Positions 22,686 to 33,301 of a stretch of 64,000 nt of DNA are shown here, piece by piece (the first letter of the stretch is position 1; each line of letters starts with the position of its first letter). Position numbers and translations under genes: made by a program. The DNA is taken from NCBI RefSeq assembly GCF_006345805.1, contig NW_021836134.1:310001-374000 (forward strand), written 5' to 3'. This stretch comes from Octopus sinensis (Eukaryota). Below the pieces are notes generated by a model. That model saw only the letters and a list, made by a program, of their open reading frames with translations. It did no database searches and was not told where the DNA came from.

Positions 22686-22889
22686 CTGTTAAAAAATTGA
22701 CAGGTTGTTAAAGATAAGTGAAAATAAGAATTAATCTAATTTTAATTCAAAGTAAATAATTTTTAAGTGAAAATAAGAATCAATTAAGAGATCCAGCTCG
22801 ATCTGCGTGCTCGACGGGGCAGGGGTTAGAGCCCAGCAGTACGGTTGCTTCCGCGTTCCGCGCACGGTTTGTTGAAGTGTGCACACACG

Positions 22890-23557
22890 GCGGCAGACAA
22901 ATTTTTAAAGTTTTTTTGTTATTTTCTTTTTTTTATTTTTAAAATTTTTTTTTTTATTTTATGAATTTTTTTTTGTGTGTTTTATTTTTTTTTATTTTTT
23001 GTTTTTTATTGTGTTTTTATTTTATTTTTTATATTTTTTTTCTTTTTTTGTGTTTTATTTTCTTTTTTTTATTTAAATTTTTTGTTTTATTTTTTAATTT
23101 TTTTCTTTTTTGGTGTTTTAGTTTCTTTTTTTATTTAAATTTTTTGTTTTATTTTTTAATTTTTTTCTTTTTTGGTGTTTTAGTTTCTTTTTTTATTTAA
23201 ATTTTTTGTTTTATTTTTAATTTTTTTCTTTTTTGGTGTTTTAGTTTCTTTTTTTTATTTAAATTTTTTGTTTATTTTTAATTTTTTTCTTTTTTTGTGT
23301 TTATTTTCTTTTTTTTATTTTTTAACTTTTTTTTATTTTTTATTTTTTGTTTTTATTTTCTTAGTTTTTTTTTTTTTTGTGTTTTATTTTTTTTTTAACT
23401 TTTTTTTATTTTTTAATTTTTTTTTGTTTTTTTTCTTTTTTTTGATTTTTTTTGGGTTTTATTTTTTTTTTATTTTGTTTAAATTTTTTTATTTTATGTT
23501 TTAAATTTTTTTCTTTTTTTATTTTTTAACTTTTTTGTATTTTTTGATTTTTTTTTT
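22890..23557. repeat. Strand-biased T-rich (A-rich on minus) low-complexity tract with ~62-bp internal repeats; counterpart 36196-36969
   Basis: Very T-rich on plus strand; unit ending ...ggtgttttagtttct is repeated; tract length differs between the two copies. Confidence 0.9.
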
Positions 23558-23685
23558 AGAATAGAATAGAATAGAATAGTGTTTATTGAGCGAAAAGAAA
23601 AAGAAAAACAAGGAAGAAAAACATCGGCGGGGAGATAAAAACAAGGCACCGAAGTGTCTCTTTCCATGCGTATCCCCAATACTAG

Positions 23686-26283
23686 TCATGTTTGACGACA
23701 ATTCTCCAAGACCATCCGGATCGTGGGCACAGAGGATTCTTGTGAGTCTTTTAGCCTTCCGTCAAGTTGTACTCCGTAAGCCAATTTCATAGCGAAACGT
23801 CTTGTCTTTTCCAACTGTTCGATCAGGTAGTCACTCTCCTCCGTACCGTACCAGCCCTCGTAGCCATATGTGAGGACTGGCTGCACACACGTTTTGTATA
23901 CGTAGATGTACGTTTCCGGATCCAGATGGAACCTGGTTAAGCTTTTGAGGATCCTCACACTCCTCTTTCTCTGATTTGCTATATGCTCTACGTACGAGCC
24001 ACGACAGTTAATGGTTGCTCCCAGGTAAGAAAGATTTTTTCTTTTCGAGAGATCCATCACATAGCTACTCATCGCATATGCACAAGACTCCGCATAGCGA
24101 CTCCCTCTCCGCAACCATGAAATGGTGCTCTTCTCCGGTGCTAGGGTCAAACCCTTCTCTATAGTCCACATCTTTAGCGTTGCAATGTATGATTTCAGTC
24201 GTCTCCAAGACTGCGATATCCTTTTCGAGGTATCCATGACCAGGATATCGTCAGCATAGATAACGAGCTTGCCAGTACGTGTCGACGGCAGAGGAATGTC
24301 CGCCAAGAAGAGGTTGAACAGAAGTGGACTCAAGATAGATCCCTGCGGGACTCCCCTTCTAAGTTCCACACACCCCGATAGGCGGTTTCCACAGCGGACA
24401 AATGATTGTCTTCCTGACAAGAAGCTCTCCAGCCATCGATAGGTCTTTATCCCGGCTCCGATGTCATGGATTCTGGAGAGTAGGCCCAGGTGCCACACGC
24501 TATCGAAGGCTTTGGCCAGATCCAGACACACCACAGTTAGCCATGCTTCATTTCTGTCAGCACGGGATAATTGGTGCTCTAACTCCCTGAGGCAGTCCCC
24601 TGTGGATCTTCCTCCACGAAATCCCCATTGTTCAGGTAAAAGCAAATTTTGTGATTCTATATGACCAGAGAGTCTGTTAAAGACAATCTTTTCCATTGTC
24701 TTAGAGAAAGCACAAATGAGGCTAATTGGCCGGTAGTTCTGTGCCAGCAGTGTCGATTTACCAGATTTTGGAATCATTCGAACAATCGTATGCTTCCACG
24801 CCGATGGAAGGTGTCCGAACGTCCAGCTGGCGTGAAACAACATAGTCAATGCTCGTATCAAGATTTCAGGGGCCTTCTTTAACAACTTCGGAGGGATGTA
24901 GTCGAAGCCAGGCGCCTTGTTCTTCAACCCAGCAATTGCCCTTTCAACCTCTTCCTGTGTTATCGCCCCACATAATGGTCCCTCCGATAATTGCGAAGAG
25001 CCAAGCTTCTTCACAATTCGGTCATAAGTCCCTCGTGGAACGGTAGATTCGACCTCTTGAACCTTACTCAGTTGGTTCCTGAGTACTTCCGGGATACGAT
25101 CAGAGGAGATATATTTCCCGTCTGGTTCTTTTAGTGAAATTTCAAATCCTTTGGCATCATTTCTGGTAAGGCGTTGATATGCTTTCCAGAAATTAGGGTT
25201 TCGCTTATCCAGTTTTCTGCATTCAGACCTCCATTTACTTTCGACCTCAGTCTTGGCCATTTTTGCAATAGTAGATTTTATCTTGTCGATCTCCAATTTC
25301 AGGCGGCATTTGATTGACTCAACCCGACATCTTCTCCTGCGATTTTCCAGGGTACCTTTCGTTCTGATCAGAGTGACAAGTTTCGAATTCATCCGCTTTT
25401 GCGTTCCTTTGGGTTTCCATACATTTTTTAATGCATAAACATCCAGGAATTTTATGATTGACGATCTAAGGTGATCATCGAGATTGTCAATATCATCTCT
25501 GCTTCTCAGAGGCTGGGACACGACATTTCGAAGAGAATCCCGCATATATGATTCGAATAAACTCCAGTTCATGTTCACGAGGTTGTAACCAATGAACAAG
25601 TCCTCCGTAACATTCATAGTCATCTTTATCAACATCGTTTGCGGCACGTGGTCAGAGCCAATGTCCGCTTCCAACCTCGGTATGTAACATAAAGGACTAA
25701 TTGATGCCGAGCATAGAAAGAGACCCAAGCGATCAGCCCTGCCTCTGTCTGCATAATGATTCAGTTCTTCCGATGTAAAGACCGAAAAACCCAAGCTACT
25801 GGCCAAGTCCTCAAGGACAGTTCCATCCATATTCGTAGTTTCACATCCATAACTCACATTTTTGGCATTAAGATCTCCTGCTAGGATTGACAGGCAATTT
25901 TCCTCAAAGAACGTCCCAATAACGTTTGAATAGCGCCTTAGCGACTTTGAGTACATTCCCCCGACGGTTAGCCAGCCAGCAGTCGTGTGCAGCTCGAGCA
26001 CAATAAGTTCACAGAGTGACTCCTCCACAATTCTGATGTTTCTTACCTTAAGGTTCGCCCTGTAGTAGACTGAGGTTCCTGTCCCCGCCACTGAGTTTAT
26101 TTTCCATGGTATATTAATAGACTTATAGCCTTCGAATTCCACCCTCGTAGCTTCCTTCAGCTTAGTCTCATTGATAATCAATATGTGAGACTTCGCTGTG
26201 GCCAGCAGGAGCCTCAGCTCCGATGCCCGTCTCGCAAGCGAGCGGGCATTTAGAATTGTCAGAGCAAGGAATCCTTCCGACAT
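23686..26283 (-). CDS. LINE ORF2: APE endonuclease + reverse transcriptase (865 aa)
   Basis: LNARS, INET, GDLNAK and SDH (APE); KAPGFD, YRPISL, QWGFR, LDLAKAFDSV, GVPQGSILSPLLF and YADD (RT). No RNase H recognised. Confidence 0.95.
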   Translation of the reverse strand: MSEGFLALTILNARSLARRASELRLLLATAKSHILIINETKLKEATRVEFEGYKSINIPWKINSVAGTGTSVYYRANLKVRNIRIVEESLCELIVLELHTTAGWLTVGGMYSKSLRRYSNVIGTFFEENCLSILAGDLNAKNVSYGCETTNMDGTVLEDLASSLGFSVFTSEELNHYADRGRADRLGLFLCSASISPLCYIPRLEADIGSDHVPQTMLIKMTMNVTEDLFIGYNLVNMNWSLFESYMRDSLRNVVSQPLRSRDDIDNLDDHLRSSIIKFLDVYALKNVWKPKGTQKRMNSKLVTLIRTKGTLENRRRRCRVESIKCRLKLEIDKIKSTIAKMAKTEVESKWRSECRKLDKRNPNFWKAYQRLTRNDAKGFEISLKEPDGKYISSDRIPEVLRNQLSKVQEVESTVPRGTYDRIVKKLGSSQLSEGPLCGAITQEEVERAIAGLKNKAPGFDYIPPKLLKKAPEILIRALTMLFHASWTFGHLPSAWKHTIVRMIPKSGKSTLLAQNYRPISLICAFSKTMEKIVFNRLSGHIESQNLLLPEQWGFRGGRSTGDCLRELEHQLSRADRNEAWLTVVCLDLAKAFDSVWHLGLLSRIHDIGAGIKTYRWLESFLSGRQSFVRCGNRLSGCVELRRGVPQGSILSPLLFNLFLADIPLPSTRTGKLVIYADDILVMDTSKRISQSWRRLKSYIATLKMWTIEKGLTLAPEKSTISWLRRGSRYAESCAYAMSSYVMDLSKRKNLSYLGATINCRGSYVEHIANQRKRSVRILKSLTRFHLDPETYIYVYKTCVQPVLTYGYEGWYGTEESDYLIEQLEKTRRFAMKLAYGVQLDGRLKDSQESSVPTIRMVLENCRQT

Positions 26284-27440
26284 GGGTGGCTGACCTCCCG
26301 TGGGAGCGCCACCTTTTTCGGTAAAGGGGGTCTGCCTGCTTTCCGTTTGCCACCGGTTTCAGCCGGCTCTGGAGGCGTCCCATCGTCCTCCAGCCGGGCT
26401 TCAGGGCTTGGCAGCTGAACTCCAGATTTTGCTACTGCAGTTTTCTTCACTGCTCTCGCCTTCGGGGCGGCGGGTTTTGTTTCTGGGCATGGGTCCGTTT
26501 GAATTCCCGTGTTAATGAAGCAGGTCTGACTTCCGGATTCGATCAAGTTCTTGACGATAACGTCAGTTTGAACACCAATATCGCATTTCGGATTAAGTAA
26601 CTTCTTCGACCAAGACATTTGTATGCCAGACATTTGTATTGCATTTACACGATTTCTCTTAGTGGGAGTCACTTCCAGTTTCTTCTTTGTCGATTGTTTC
26701 GCCACCGGACAGCCCAACCAGTTCGCCCGGTGTCCATGTGATCCGCAGTTGATGCACGGGAGTTTGACGTGTGTTCCGATCGTACATTGGGTGCGATCGT
26801 GTGCATCACCACACAACAAACAGCGCACTGTCTCTTTACAGTATAACGAGATGTGTCCAAATTTGTAACATCGATAGCATTGCCTCTCGGGATTTTTGTA
26901 CCAGGTAAAACGGATTTGGTTGAAGCCAATTTTAAGACCTAGGGTGATCAACGACTGTGCTTCGTTTCTGTCCTGGATAGTAAGCTTGCCAAGTGGCAGA
27001 TTTTTCCCATTTTTACTAAATCTTTCCAGTTTGAACCCTGGGGATAGCACTTTCGACAAAAGCCTGTGTAGATCCTCGTTATCAACCCAAAAAGGTAGAT
27101 TCCTCATCATTAAGGTCGAATCCCTGGGTGTTCGGTGCTCTATTGTGTGCCCATTGTCACCAAAAGGAAGCTTCATTTCCCAATCGTTTTTAAAAGACTC
27201 GAAATCCCGTTCCGAATTAAAGACAAGTTCGTATGAGCCATCAAAGCGACGGGAGATTCTCGCCTTGAGGGCAGTTTTCGAATTACAGATGATGTTGGCA
27301 ACCTCAATTGAATCAAAAGAGGTGTTTGACACACGTACAATTATCGACACTTTCCGATTTTCTTTTTCTTGTTTGAAATTAACATTAATTTTGCTATTTT
27401 CAATTTTGCTATTTGCACAACCAGAAACGAAACGCACCAT
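26259..27440 (-). CDS. LINE ORF1 (gag-like, three zinc knuckles, 393 aa)
   Basis: CYRCYKFGHISLYC, CLLCGDAHDRTQC, CINCGSHGHRANWLGC. Confidence 0.92.
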   Translation of the reverse strand: MVRFVSGCANSKIENSKINVNFKQEKENRKVSIIVRVSNTSFDSIEVANIICNSKTALKARISRRFDGSYELVFNSERDFESFKNDWEMKLPFGDNGHTIEHRTPRDSTLMMRNLPFWVDNEDLHRLLSKVLSPGFKLERFSKNGKNLPLGKLTIQDRNEAQSLITLGLKIGFNQIRFTWYKNPERQCYRCYKFGHISLYCKETVRCLLCGDAHDRTQCTIGTHVKLPCINCGSHGHRANWLGCPVAKQSTKKKLEVTPTKRNRVNAIQMSGIQMSWSKKLLNPKCDIGVQTDVIVKNLIESGSQTCFINTGIQTDPCPETKPAAPKARAVKKTAVAKSGVQLPSPEARLEDDGTPPEPAETGGKRKAGRPPLPKKVALPREVSHPCRKDSLL

Positions 27441-27444
27441 GCTT

Positions 27445-28205
27445 TCCTTTTTTTATTTTTCGATTTTTTGTTTTTTATTTTCTTTTTTTGTCTTTTGCGG
27501 TGTTTTATTTTATTTTTGATTTTTTAACTTTTTTTTGATTTTTTTCTTATTTTTTTGTTTTTTTATTGTGTTTTTATTTTTTAATTTTTTTTATTTTTTG
27601 ATTTTTTAACTTTTTTTTGAATTTTTCTTATTTTGTTTTTTATTGTGTTTTTATTTTCTTTTTTATTTTTTTAATTTTTTTTTCCTTTTTCATTTATTTT
27701 TTAAATTTTTTTTTTATTTTTGAATTTTTTTTGTTTTTATTTTTTATTTTTTGTTTTTTTTATTTTTTGTTTTTTTTGTGTTTTTTATTTTTTTATTCTT
27801 TTTTTTGTGTTTTATTTTCTTTTTTGATTTTTTTGTTTTATTTTCTTTTTTTATTTTTTAGTTTTTTAATTTTTTGATTTTTATTGTGTTTTTATTTATT
27901 TTTTTATTTTTTAAAAGTTTTTTTATTTTTTAATTTTTTTTTATTGTTAATTTTTTTATTTTTAAATTTTTTTTTATTTTTAAATTTTTTTTTATTTTTA
28001 ATTTTTTTTCTTTTTTTGTCTTTTAGTTTCTTTTTTTTATTTATTAAGTTTTTTTTTTCTTTTTTTGTTATTTCTTTTTAATTTTTTAAGTTTTTTTCTT
28101 TTTTTTTATTTTCTTTTTTTGGGCTTTATTTCTTTTTTTTATTTGTTAACTTTTTATATTTGATTTTTTCGTGTTTCTTTGTAATTTCCTTTTTTTTCTT
28201 TTTTT
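27445..28205. repeat. Second strand-biased T-rich tract (5' of LINE); counterpart ~40857-41625
   Basis: Same composition and polarity as 22890-23557. Confidence 0.9.
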
Positions 28206-28233
28206 ATTTGGGTGAGATGGGGGAAATGCGGAA

Positions 28234-28580
28234 ATGCGGCAGGCAGAGATGCGGCAGGCGGAAATGCGGCAGGCAGAGATGCGGCAGGCAGAGATGCGGC
28301 AGGCAGAGATGCGGCAGGCAGAGATGCGGCAGGCAGAGATGCGGCAGGTAGAGATGCGGCAGGCAAGAAAGCGACAGGCAAGAAAGCGACAGGCAAGAAA
28401 GCGACAGGCAAGAAAGCGACAGGCAAGAAAGCGACAGGCAAGAAAGCGACAGGCAAGAAAGCGACAGGCAAGAAAGCGACAGGCAAGAAAGCGACAGGCA
28501 AGAAAGCGACACATAAAAAAGCGACAGGCAAGAAAGCGACACACAAAAAAGCGACAGGCAAGAAAGCGACACACAAAAAA
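28234..28580. repeat. 15-bp minisatellite, ~23 units, polarised variants (counterpart ~41640-42002, ~24 units)
   Basis: gcggcaggcagagat block, then gcgacaggcaagaaa block, then gcgacac(a/t)aaaaaa variants. Confidence 0.95.
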
Positions 28581-28629
28581 GATTTGATTAATTACCTTAT
28601 TAAGCTGACCGTTTTTTCTTCAGCTTCGT

Positions 28630-29080
28630 TTTTCCTCCTTCGGTTATCTATTAAAAAAATTATTTTTGAATAATAAAAAAGTTTAGGATAAGAGGCATAC
28701 CGAAAATAAATTCTATCTTTACGAAAAACTTCTTTTCTTAAGGTCGTCTTCCCTCCTTCGGTTATCTATTGAAAAAATTATTTTTGAATAATAAAAAAGT
28801 TTAGGAAAAGAGGCATACCGAAAATAAATTCTATCTTTACGAAAACTTAACTAAATAGTTAATATTTTTACGCAAATTCTTCTGATTGCGCTGTCAATGG
28901 GTGGTAAATGTGTTAATGATTGTCCTAATGTGGTTTCAACTATCAAAGTGTTTTTCAAAATCTGTTAATTGCACACTCTATTCAGGTCGTGCGTCAATTT
29001 GTGGTAAATTGTGTTAATGATTGTGCTAATTGGTTTCAACTATCAAAGTGGTTTTTCAAAATCTGTTAATTGCACACTCT
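28630..29080. repeat. Two pairs of direct repeats (~130 bp x2; ~100 bp x2) in the Helitron 5' region
   Basis: ccttcggttatctatt...gaggcataccgaaaataaattctatctttacgaaaa occurs twice; tgtgttaatgattgt...aaaatctgttaattgcacactctat occurs twice. Confidence 0.85.
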
Positions 29081-29267
29081 ATGATAATAGCTTTAATTTT
29101 GATTCATGGTCGTTAATGATATATGCATTTAATTTTAAAGAGAAAAATAGGATGAATTGAATTTCTTTATCGCGAATAATTGGGAGTTCATCATTGTTAA
29201 TATTCTCGCTGTCGTTTTCATCAAGGATATTCTTAATACGTGAGATTTTTGCCTGGAAAGTTTTAAT

Positions 29268-29770
29268 GGACCTCATCATGAATGTCGAGGACATCGTAGT
29301 TATTCATTTTAACCAAAATGCAGAAAATTTTTTTTTAATTTTTTTGGGGGGGAAGGTTTTAAGGACCTCATCATGTAAGTCGAGGACATCGTAGTTGTTC
29401 ATTTTAACCAAAATGCAGAAAATTTTTTTTTGATTTTTTTGGGGGGAAGGTTTTAAGGACCTCATCATGTAAGTCGAGGACATCGTAGTTATTCATTTTA
29501 ACCAAAATGCAGAAAATTTTTTTTAATTTTTTTGGGGGAAGGTTTTAAGGACCTCATCATGTAAGTCGAGGACATCGTAGTTGTTCATTTTAACCAAAAT
29601 GCAGAAAATTTTTTTTTAATTTTTTTGGGGGGGAAGGTTTTAAGGACCTCATCATGTAAGTCGAGGACATCGTAGTTGTTCATTTTGACCAAAACGCAGA
29701 AAAATTTTTTTTAATTTTTTTTGGGGGAAGGTTTTAAGGACCTCATCATGTAAGTCGAGGACATCGTATT
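29268..29770. repeat. ~94-bp tandem repeat, 5 full units + partial (counterpart ~42696-43200)
   Basis: ggacctcatcatg starts at 29268, 29363, 29457, 29549, 29644 and 29738; ttattc/ttgttc variants alternate in the first four units. Confidence 0.95.
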
Positions 29771-29789
29771 GCCAATTTGAAGTTGGTGT

Positions 29790-29855
29790 GCACACACAGA
29801 CAGACAGACAGACAGACAGACACACAGACAGACAGACAGACAGACAGACACACAC
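29790..29855. repeat. (CAGA)n / (TCTG)n microsatellite just inside the Helitron 5' end (also ~43225-43290)
   Basis: Directly visible; a subterminal microsatellite of this kind is known from several invertebrate Helitrons. Confidence 0.95.
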
Positions 29856-32800
29856 CATACCATTTTATTATTAAGATTTGTTGCTAAGTTATCCAAACTT
29901 TGTTTACCTAAAATTTAGAAAAACTTTTTTAACATAGTAATAACATAATAAACTAACCACGTGATCCCGATTCACTTCACAAAGGACCTCATCTTTCACG
30001 GTAATCTTCCCACTAGTCACAAAAAATCGGAACGAATGAATGGTTGGTTGCAAGGACATAGCCCGGCAATCTGAAGTTCAGCTTAATCAGATTTTCCAAA
30101 CGAGCCGCCCCGGAACCTTTGTTTCCATTTGACCAATGTTTGGCTTATTTGCACGCCCTTAATTGAGCCTTCTCGGTTTTCCTCCTGTTTGATAAATAAG
30201 GTTCCCGTAAACCACAAGCATAGGAAAAACATGGTTTGATGTATTGAAGATATATGTTTTTGAAGACCGGGTGAGAACTACTCTTCCATAATCCCAATAA
30301 GGTTTCAACAAGTTCATTTATTTTTCGCATTTCATAAGTATTTTATCTAAATTTTGAGAAAAGCAGAAATCTATATCATTACTCACTTGTAAAATCCTCT
30401 GCATTTTTCACTGTTTTCTTATTGTCTCCTGAATCTTAGGCATAATCTCAAGATTTTAAAAAATGTAAATCATTAGCTGAATAAGCGAGAACTCTTTTTT
30501 TCATTCAAAAGTCGGAACGAAGATCCAATAAATGCAAAAATTGGTAATAAAAAATCACCTTAGTTAAGTTAGTTAATTAATCCACTTTTGCGCTACCAAT
30601 TGATCGTTAGCGTCCTTCAATCAACCCCTGATGACAGCATAATCCTCCGAAAGTGTCTTGGGAAGACATCCTTCTGGACGTCCTTTATAAGTTGGATATT
30701 CAAAAAATCACGTTTGAGGACATTATTTTCTTAACATTTCGATTCGGAAATCTATATTTATTTCAAATGTAAATAAAATTTCAAACAAATTCAATTTTGA
30801 AATTCCATTATAAAAAGTTTATTTACAAAAACAAAAATAAGAATTAGTAGGAATTTAAATCAAGAAAATTTGGTGTGTATCTTCTGCTTGTTTCAACAAA
30901 TTTAGATACAGCATTAATTTATACGTCAATTTCATAGGTTATCAATTAAAAAAAGTACTGAGATTTTAAACATTTTAACTAAATGAGTTCAAAATTTCGA
31001 AAAATTATTTCTGAGCTGATAACGGTATGTTTGAAGTTTTACAAAATATCAAATCAACAAATAATATTCCTTGTGTTCATTAATATTTTCAAAGTTTTAT
31101 GCTACTATAAAATCAGAGATGAAATCAGTGTACGATTTAACAACAACTGGATATTTAATTGCAAATTAAGCATGGATTGCTGAATCAAAAAAAGTTCAGA
31201 TGATTGTTGAAGGAAAAACGAGTTATTACAAACTTGCGGGAAATGCTATGTCAAAAACATTGAGGATGTTGGCAGTAGCTATCGCTGAAATTAACTCTGC
31301 TTTAAAGGAGATCCAAATGGCATTCGAAATTGTCTAAGCTCAAGGTTTATCAGGACTTTTCCGTTTTTACATTTTTCGATGGGTTCTTCGGACAGGATTA
31401 GGAAACAATCTCTTCCGATGCTGTTTCAGTAAAAACCACATTTTTAGAGGTCTCTCTTTATGGATTCCATTCGTTTTGTTGTAGATTAGTTTAATAGTTG
31501 AGTGGTTTGTTTTTTTGACTATTCAGGAGGTTTTTAGAAAAAAGTTAAGATTTAGAATCAATAATGTGCAAAGAGAATAAATTGACTGTTTTTAGGAAAA
31601 TGGCAATTGAAATTCTTTGTAGGAATCATGATGATTCACTTTGCTCACATTTACGCGAAGAAATCCTACTTCTGAGGTCATAGATAAAATTTCCTGCATC
31701 TCCAAAGACTTCAACTAAGACGGGAGCAAAAAATGATGATATGAGAGAGTTTGATATTTGTCGATTTTCACACGCTCCCTGCGTGCGCAAGGAATACGGC
31801 CGAAGAGATAATTTTCAACACAAAAAACTTGCCTTTGTAGATCGCATCCCACACAAGTGACATACCTTTTTAGAATAGGAAGATTGTCTTTTGTCATCAC
31901 CTCAATGATAACTATAAACTATTCTTCATTATTTATTTTTACTGGAGAATTCGTACTTATTAAGTTTAATATCAAATGAATTTTCTCTTCAATACGAAGA
32001 AAAAAAAATTGACTGAGAACCTAATCATTTAAGAGTTTCAGTAATTTGTCTTTAAGAAACTAAGCTCAACAAGGATTTCGATGAGATTATCTTAGTTTAA
32101 TATTTTATTTATTTGGGTTAACAATACTCAATTTAACTATCATTAATTGATGTTTCTTCATATAAGACAACTACTCCGCAGACCGATCACGTCTCGACAC
32201 CTCTCCTAATATTATTGTAGTAAGAAAGCCGACTCCTCTGACAGGTCAACTGACACTCGAAATTACTCTTTCCTAACGATAAGATTATTTTCTTCTTCCG
32301 CAATTTGTTGTTGTCAACCTTAATGCAATGCATGGATAGCGATCATGCTTGCCAACGTTTCTTGATTGTCACTAATTGGATGTATCCATTAGTCCAGATA
32401 TTTAATTTTTTATGTAGGACTATAACTTGTTCACTATTCTATCCCATGTAAATACGACAAGGACTATTGTGACTGTGCCAAATTGTCCAGCAAGTAGATT
32501 ATACTTGTAAAATTTATCTACTTCGACTTGCTTTAAGTTGTCTTTAAATGTAAACACGACTTCAAATATTGTTATCTAATTTTATATTTTATGAAACACT
32601 TGTTTTCAAGGCCATGTCTACTTTCGTGTCAACAGGACTATTTCCCACGATCACTAACCTACCTAAATAATACATATAAATCTCATGTCTTTTTAACTGG
32701 AGGAATTTCCAGTCCTGATTGATGCGATTCTTAAATGAGACCACCACATTAGTTCACTGCTTTATTAACATGACTATTTCTAAGAAAATTCATTAGGTAG

Positions 32801-33155
32801 GTCATTAATTAGTTAAAGCAATTAAAATTCACTTTAATTGCATCAACATACAAGGCATGCATGATGGAAATGATGGCATCATATCGAACTAATTGAATGT
32901 CTATTTTTTAATAACTACTGATATAATATAAAATTCAGGTATAAAAAATTATCCTAATAGAAAGTGTTATCCGGCATCAGTAAGTAAAAGTCATCCTTAT
33001 ATCAGAATCATGACTGACTTAAGAATCATCATCTGCCATAAAATCAATTTAACAAATAGACGTTAATTATATATAACTTTAGCTAGACTATTTAATTTAG
33101 ATTCTCAGTCCCGATTATTGGAAATCTCTTTCCTTCTCTTAAATAACAAGCGAGA

Positions 33156-33301
33156 CCCTGGGACATCGTCGTCTCAGGCCGATCTTGCGGGAAGGATTGA
33201 ACCTTTCAGAAGGATCTCCCTCGTTTGGATCGGCAATCACGGGAATAACTATAATTAACTGGCTTTGCCCGTGTTTGGTCTTTAAATAAATAAAATAAAT
33301 A
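33156..33301 (+). mobile_element. 146-bp retroposed insertion (CRE-like 3' end)
   Basis: 15-bp TSD aaataacaagcgaga (33141-33155 / 33302-33316) and (TAAAA)-type tail; absent in A (~4310). Translates PGTSSSQADLAGRIEPFRRISLVWIGN, weakly similar to the CRE C-terminus. Confidence 0.75.

Larger units (their letters stand above)
23558..27440 (-). mobile_element. Two-ORF LINE (Jockey/I-group-like), copy 1
   Basis: ORF1 and ORF2 overlap by 25 nt. 3' end AATAAA (23582-23587) followed by a (TATTC)4 tail. 5' boundary and TSD are unresolved within the A-rich tract. Confidence 0.9.
16584..29876 (-). mobile_element. Full-length 13.3-kb Helitron with nested LINE
   Basis: Minus-strand 5' end TC(TTAATAATAAAATGG) at 29876 and 3' end CTAG at 16584 with subterminal hairpins. 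Inserted between A and T with no TSD. The rejoined flanks (gatatttagta|tttgttgctaag) occur intact at 1400/1401. Confidence 0.95.

Noticed and set aside
22961-23504. Phe-rich ORFs (also 27617-28081, 36261-36725, 41028-41243)
   Set aside because: Artefacts of T-rich low-complexity sequence.
28146-28673. Repetitive ORFs (CRFLA, RQAEM, GKKAT) in all frames
   Set aside because: A stop-free 15-bp minisatellite opens every frame; no independent coding evidence.
29268-29770. CRISPR-like regularly spaced repeats
   Set aside because: Whole ~94-bp units repeat with no unique spacers; eukaryotic context, no cas genes.
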